Shown: piece by piece, positions 61,694 to 64,000 of the stretch
Layout: every line of letters starts with the position of its first letter
Numbering within the stretch: position 1 is the stretch's first letter
Assembly (NCBI RefSeq): GCF_964204645.1
Contig: NC_134027.1
Coordinates: 13,176,485-13,240,484, forward strand
Source: Tubulanus polymorphus
Lineage: Eukaryota; Animalia; Nemertea
Direction: 5' to 3'
DNA length: 64,000 nt
Made by a program: the position numbers and the translations under genes
Notes under the pieces: generated by a model
Database searches by the model: none
Seen by the model: only the letters and a program-made list of their open reading frames with translations
What the model was told of the DNA's origin: nothing

Positions 61694-62159
61694 CTATATT
61701 ATCAATGGAAATATGATTTGATTTCATTATGAATTTAACTAGAAAGTACATTGATAGGCCATTTCTTCTTATTCTAATGGTGGTGTGAAATCTTGCTTTC
61801 CCTAGTCTAAAACTGATCAGAAATTAAATTTGATAGAATCAAACCGCAATTCTGTATCCAATTTTACGTAAGAGATTATTTAATCTAGGCTTGATTATCT
61901 GAAAATTGGTGAATGAAACCCCCTGGTGAATTTATGCAGAAACTTAAGACCTTGAAACTCACAAAAAGTACAGTACATGTAATGAGCGACAACTTTGAAA
62001 TACAATAATGTTGTAAAATATTCATATGCCCTGAGTGGGCTTAATATGCCTGCACTTTGTAAGCTGTTTCTAGCACTCACAAACATCACCAATATGCTAC
62101 ACCAAAAACTAGGGGTCCAGGTACACTTGGGAAGTGGTTTCAAATGCTCAACAATCTAA

Positions 62160-62515
62160 TTCCAATATATAACGCCCCATGGTGACCATATACCGAAATT
62201 AATGACCCTGAAACTCACCACAATCATAGAAAATGTCACGAGCTACAATTTTGCAATTGCTTGTGATGACAAAATATGCCTAGGTATATTCTACTATTCA
62301 ATGCCGCCTGGCAACCATATGCAAAATTCAATGACCTTGAAACTAACAATCATAGGACTTGTCATGAGCTACAATTTTGCATTGGATTATGATGACAAAA
62401 TATGCCTAGGTATCAATATAATAAGGAAATACAAAGTATCATACTACCCAATACCACCTGGTGACCATATCGAATAACCAATGACCTTCAAATTCATCAC
62501 AATCACAGAACATTC
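62160..62515. repeat. ~130-150-bp degenerate tandem units x 3
   Basis: GACCATAT...AATGACCTTGAAACT..CAATCATAG repeated; related to 52240-52375. Confidence 0.7.
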
Positions 62516-64000
62516 AAAACTGGGTCATGTCAGTACTAATGTAACAAAATTTCATTTCTCAACACAGATACCTCTATCCCCTTGTTTATTAGCGACCGTA
62601 CAGAAGATACATTTCCCCTTACTCCAACTCCGGCGATAACCCGCGGCTCCTTAGTCCCGAAATTGTTCCCGTATTTATCTCGCCTTTTACACACGAAATA
62701 ATTATCGAAAGCTATCATGTACGATACCGTTTGAAAGAGGATTATAAAGCGACCAGTGAAGCGACGCGGAGTGAAGATGCAACACGTCGGAGTCGGCAAT
62801 ATCAGAACATAAGGCGCGCAGTTTTCTCTTTCAGTCAGTTACTCAGAGAACGTCTTTTTAAGATGTATGTCGGTCCGGGGACAGCGCCGCCTATCGGCGT
62901 TGCGGGTCTTGTGCCCGTTCGTCTCTGTTCCTTCTTTCTGAGTTAAAATTAAGGGCCTTGGGCCCACAGAATCCCCCTTACTGTAAATACGTAACTAGTC
63001 TTGAGCATTGTTCCTTGTTAAATATTAAGCTACGGCAAAATCATAGTACGATTTCCTTACTTATGGCCATAAGCCATTGGGCATTACGTTCACCGTCCAT
63101 ACTTATGTATTATTGAAGGGCCCTGTGTTTCTCGTTTGTCCTTAGGAACGTCGTACTATAATCCGTTAATACTTATGTATTAAGTACGGATTCTTGATAC
63201 TAGGTCTTGGGTTCTTGTGCTGATTCCTCCCCGTTCATACTAAAGTATATAGAGACGGGTTTGACCATTATTTGCGCTTATAGCATTATTAAACTATTAT
63301 TCTTCCTCCGTGTATGTGTGATGTAGGCCCTTAAGGCCAGCTTTTATGTGTGTATCTTTAAGTTTCGATAAATTTTATATAGGTAACCCTTATGGTGTTA
63401 TAATGTTCGCGGTCTTTATGTTCGTTGTATAAGTTTGAAGCGTAACAGGAAGTGTCAATCGCATTATCTTTTTCCTTTGTAAGTATGTAAGCATTTGTGG
63501 AGTATGAACCTGTCTTGTATTTGAGCATGACGTATGTCAGTTTCCGGTAGATAAATAAAAGCTGCTGTCGCAGCACGTAATGGTATTAACGATTTAGTAA
63601 TAGTATGTTGGGTAGTAAAACCGTTGACTTGGTCGGAGCGTCCATGGTCTGTATAGAGGCTTACTCTCGGAAATGGTAGAGTCCAGCGGAACGTAGTGCA
63701 ATCCCGTTCGGTTTCTGTTTATTCCGCTATCCAATTTAGGCTCAAGCGAGGAAATTCCACGTCGGGGGTGGGTGACGTGGTGTGTGATACGGTCAGGTTC
63801 ATGTATAGCAACGAAGTCGTATGTTATTGGGTGAACAGAAGGGTGCGCATCGCTATCTGTAGGTTCTAACATAGGGTTGGGCCCGATCCTTAGTTCCCAG
63901 AGGATAGTTTTCGAATCGACCCAGTCATTACGTTCCTGGATCTATCAGCAATCTACACCCGGGGTTGCGGGAATTGCTTACTCGTGTGTTAGGTCGAGTT

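Noticed and set aside
63594-64000. Possible 3' end of another retroelement pol on the minus strand
   Set aside because: No diagnostic motif inside the window

Overview
This is an AT-rich animal (probably invertebrate) genomic window made mostly of nested mobile DNA. It holds three related Polinton/Maverick-like (adintovirus/PLV-type) endogenous viral elements. Element 1 (1-~4866) is partial. Element 2 (14858-32065) is near full length and carries pPolB, integrase, packaging ATPase, putative major/minor capsid genes and several membrane proteins. Element 3 is a pPolB relic split by an 8.7-kb TIR insertion. A 3.6-kb non-autonomous element (10614-14204) shares the element-2 termini; it and element 2 both sit inside one Gypsy pol gene. 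Also present: Harbinger, hAT, DIRS and Penelope relics (one with a hammerhead ribozyme), a complete Gypsy LTR element, and two exons of the host gene kish-B/TMEM167B. The three most striking signals are: (i) a GC-rich ~285-nt, almost fully base-paired RNA-like structure in element 1 with two loops carrying the same self-complementary GGCGCC motif; (ii) a poxvirus-late-promoter-like T-tract/TAAATG motif at most viral gene starts; (iii) 88-bp imperfect terminal hairpins. All calls were made by eye; no database search was run.
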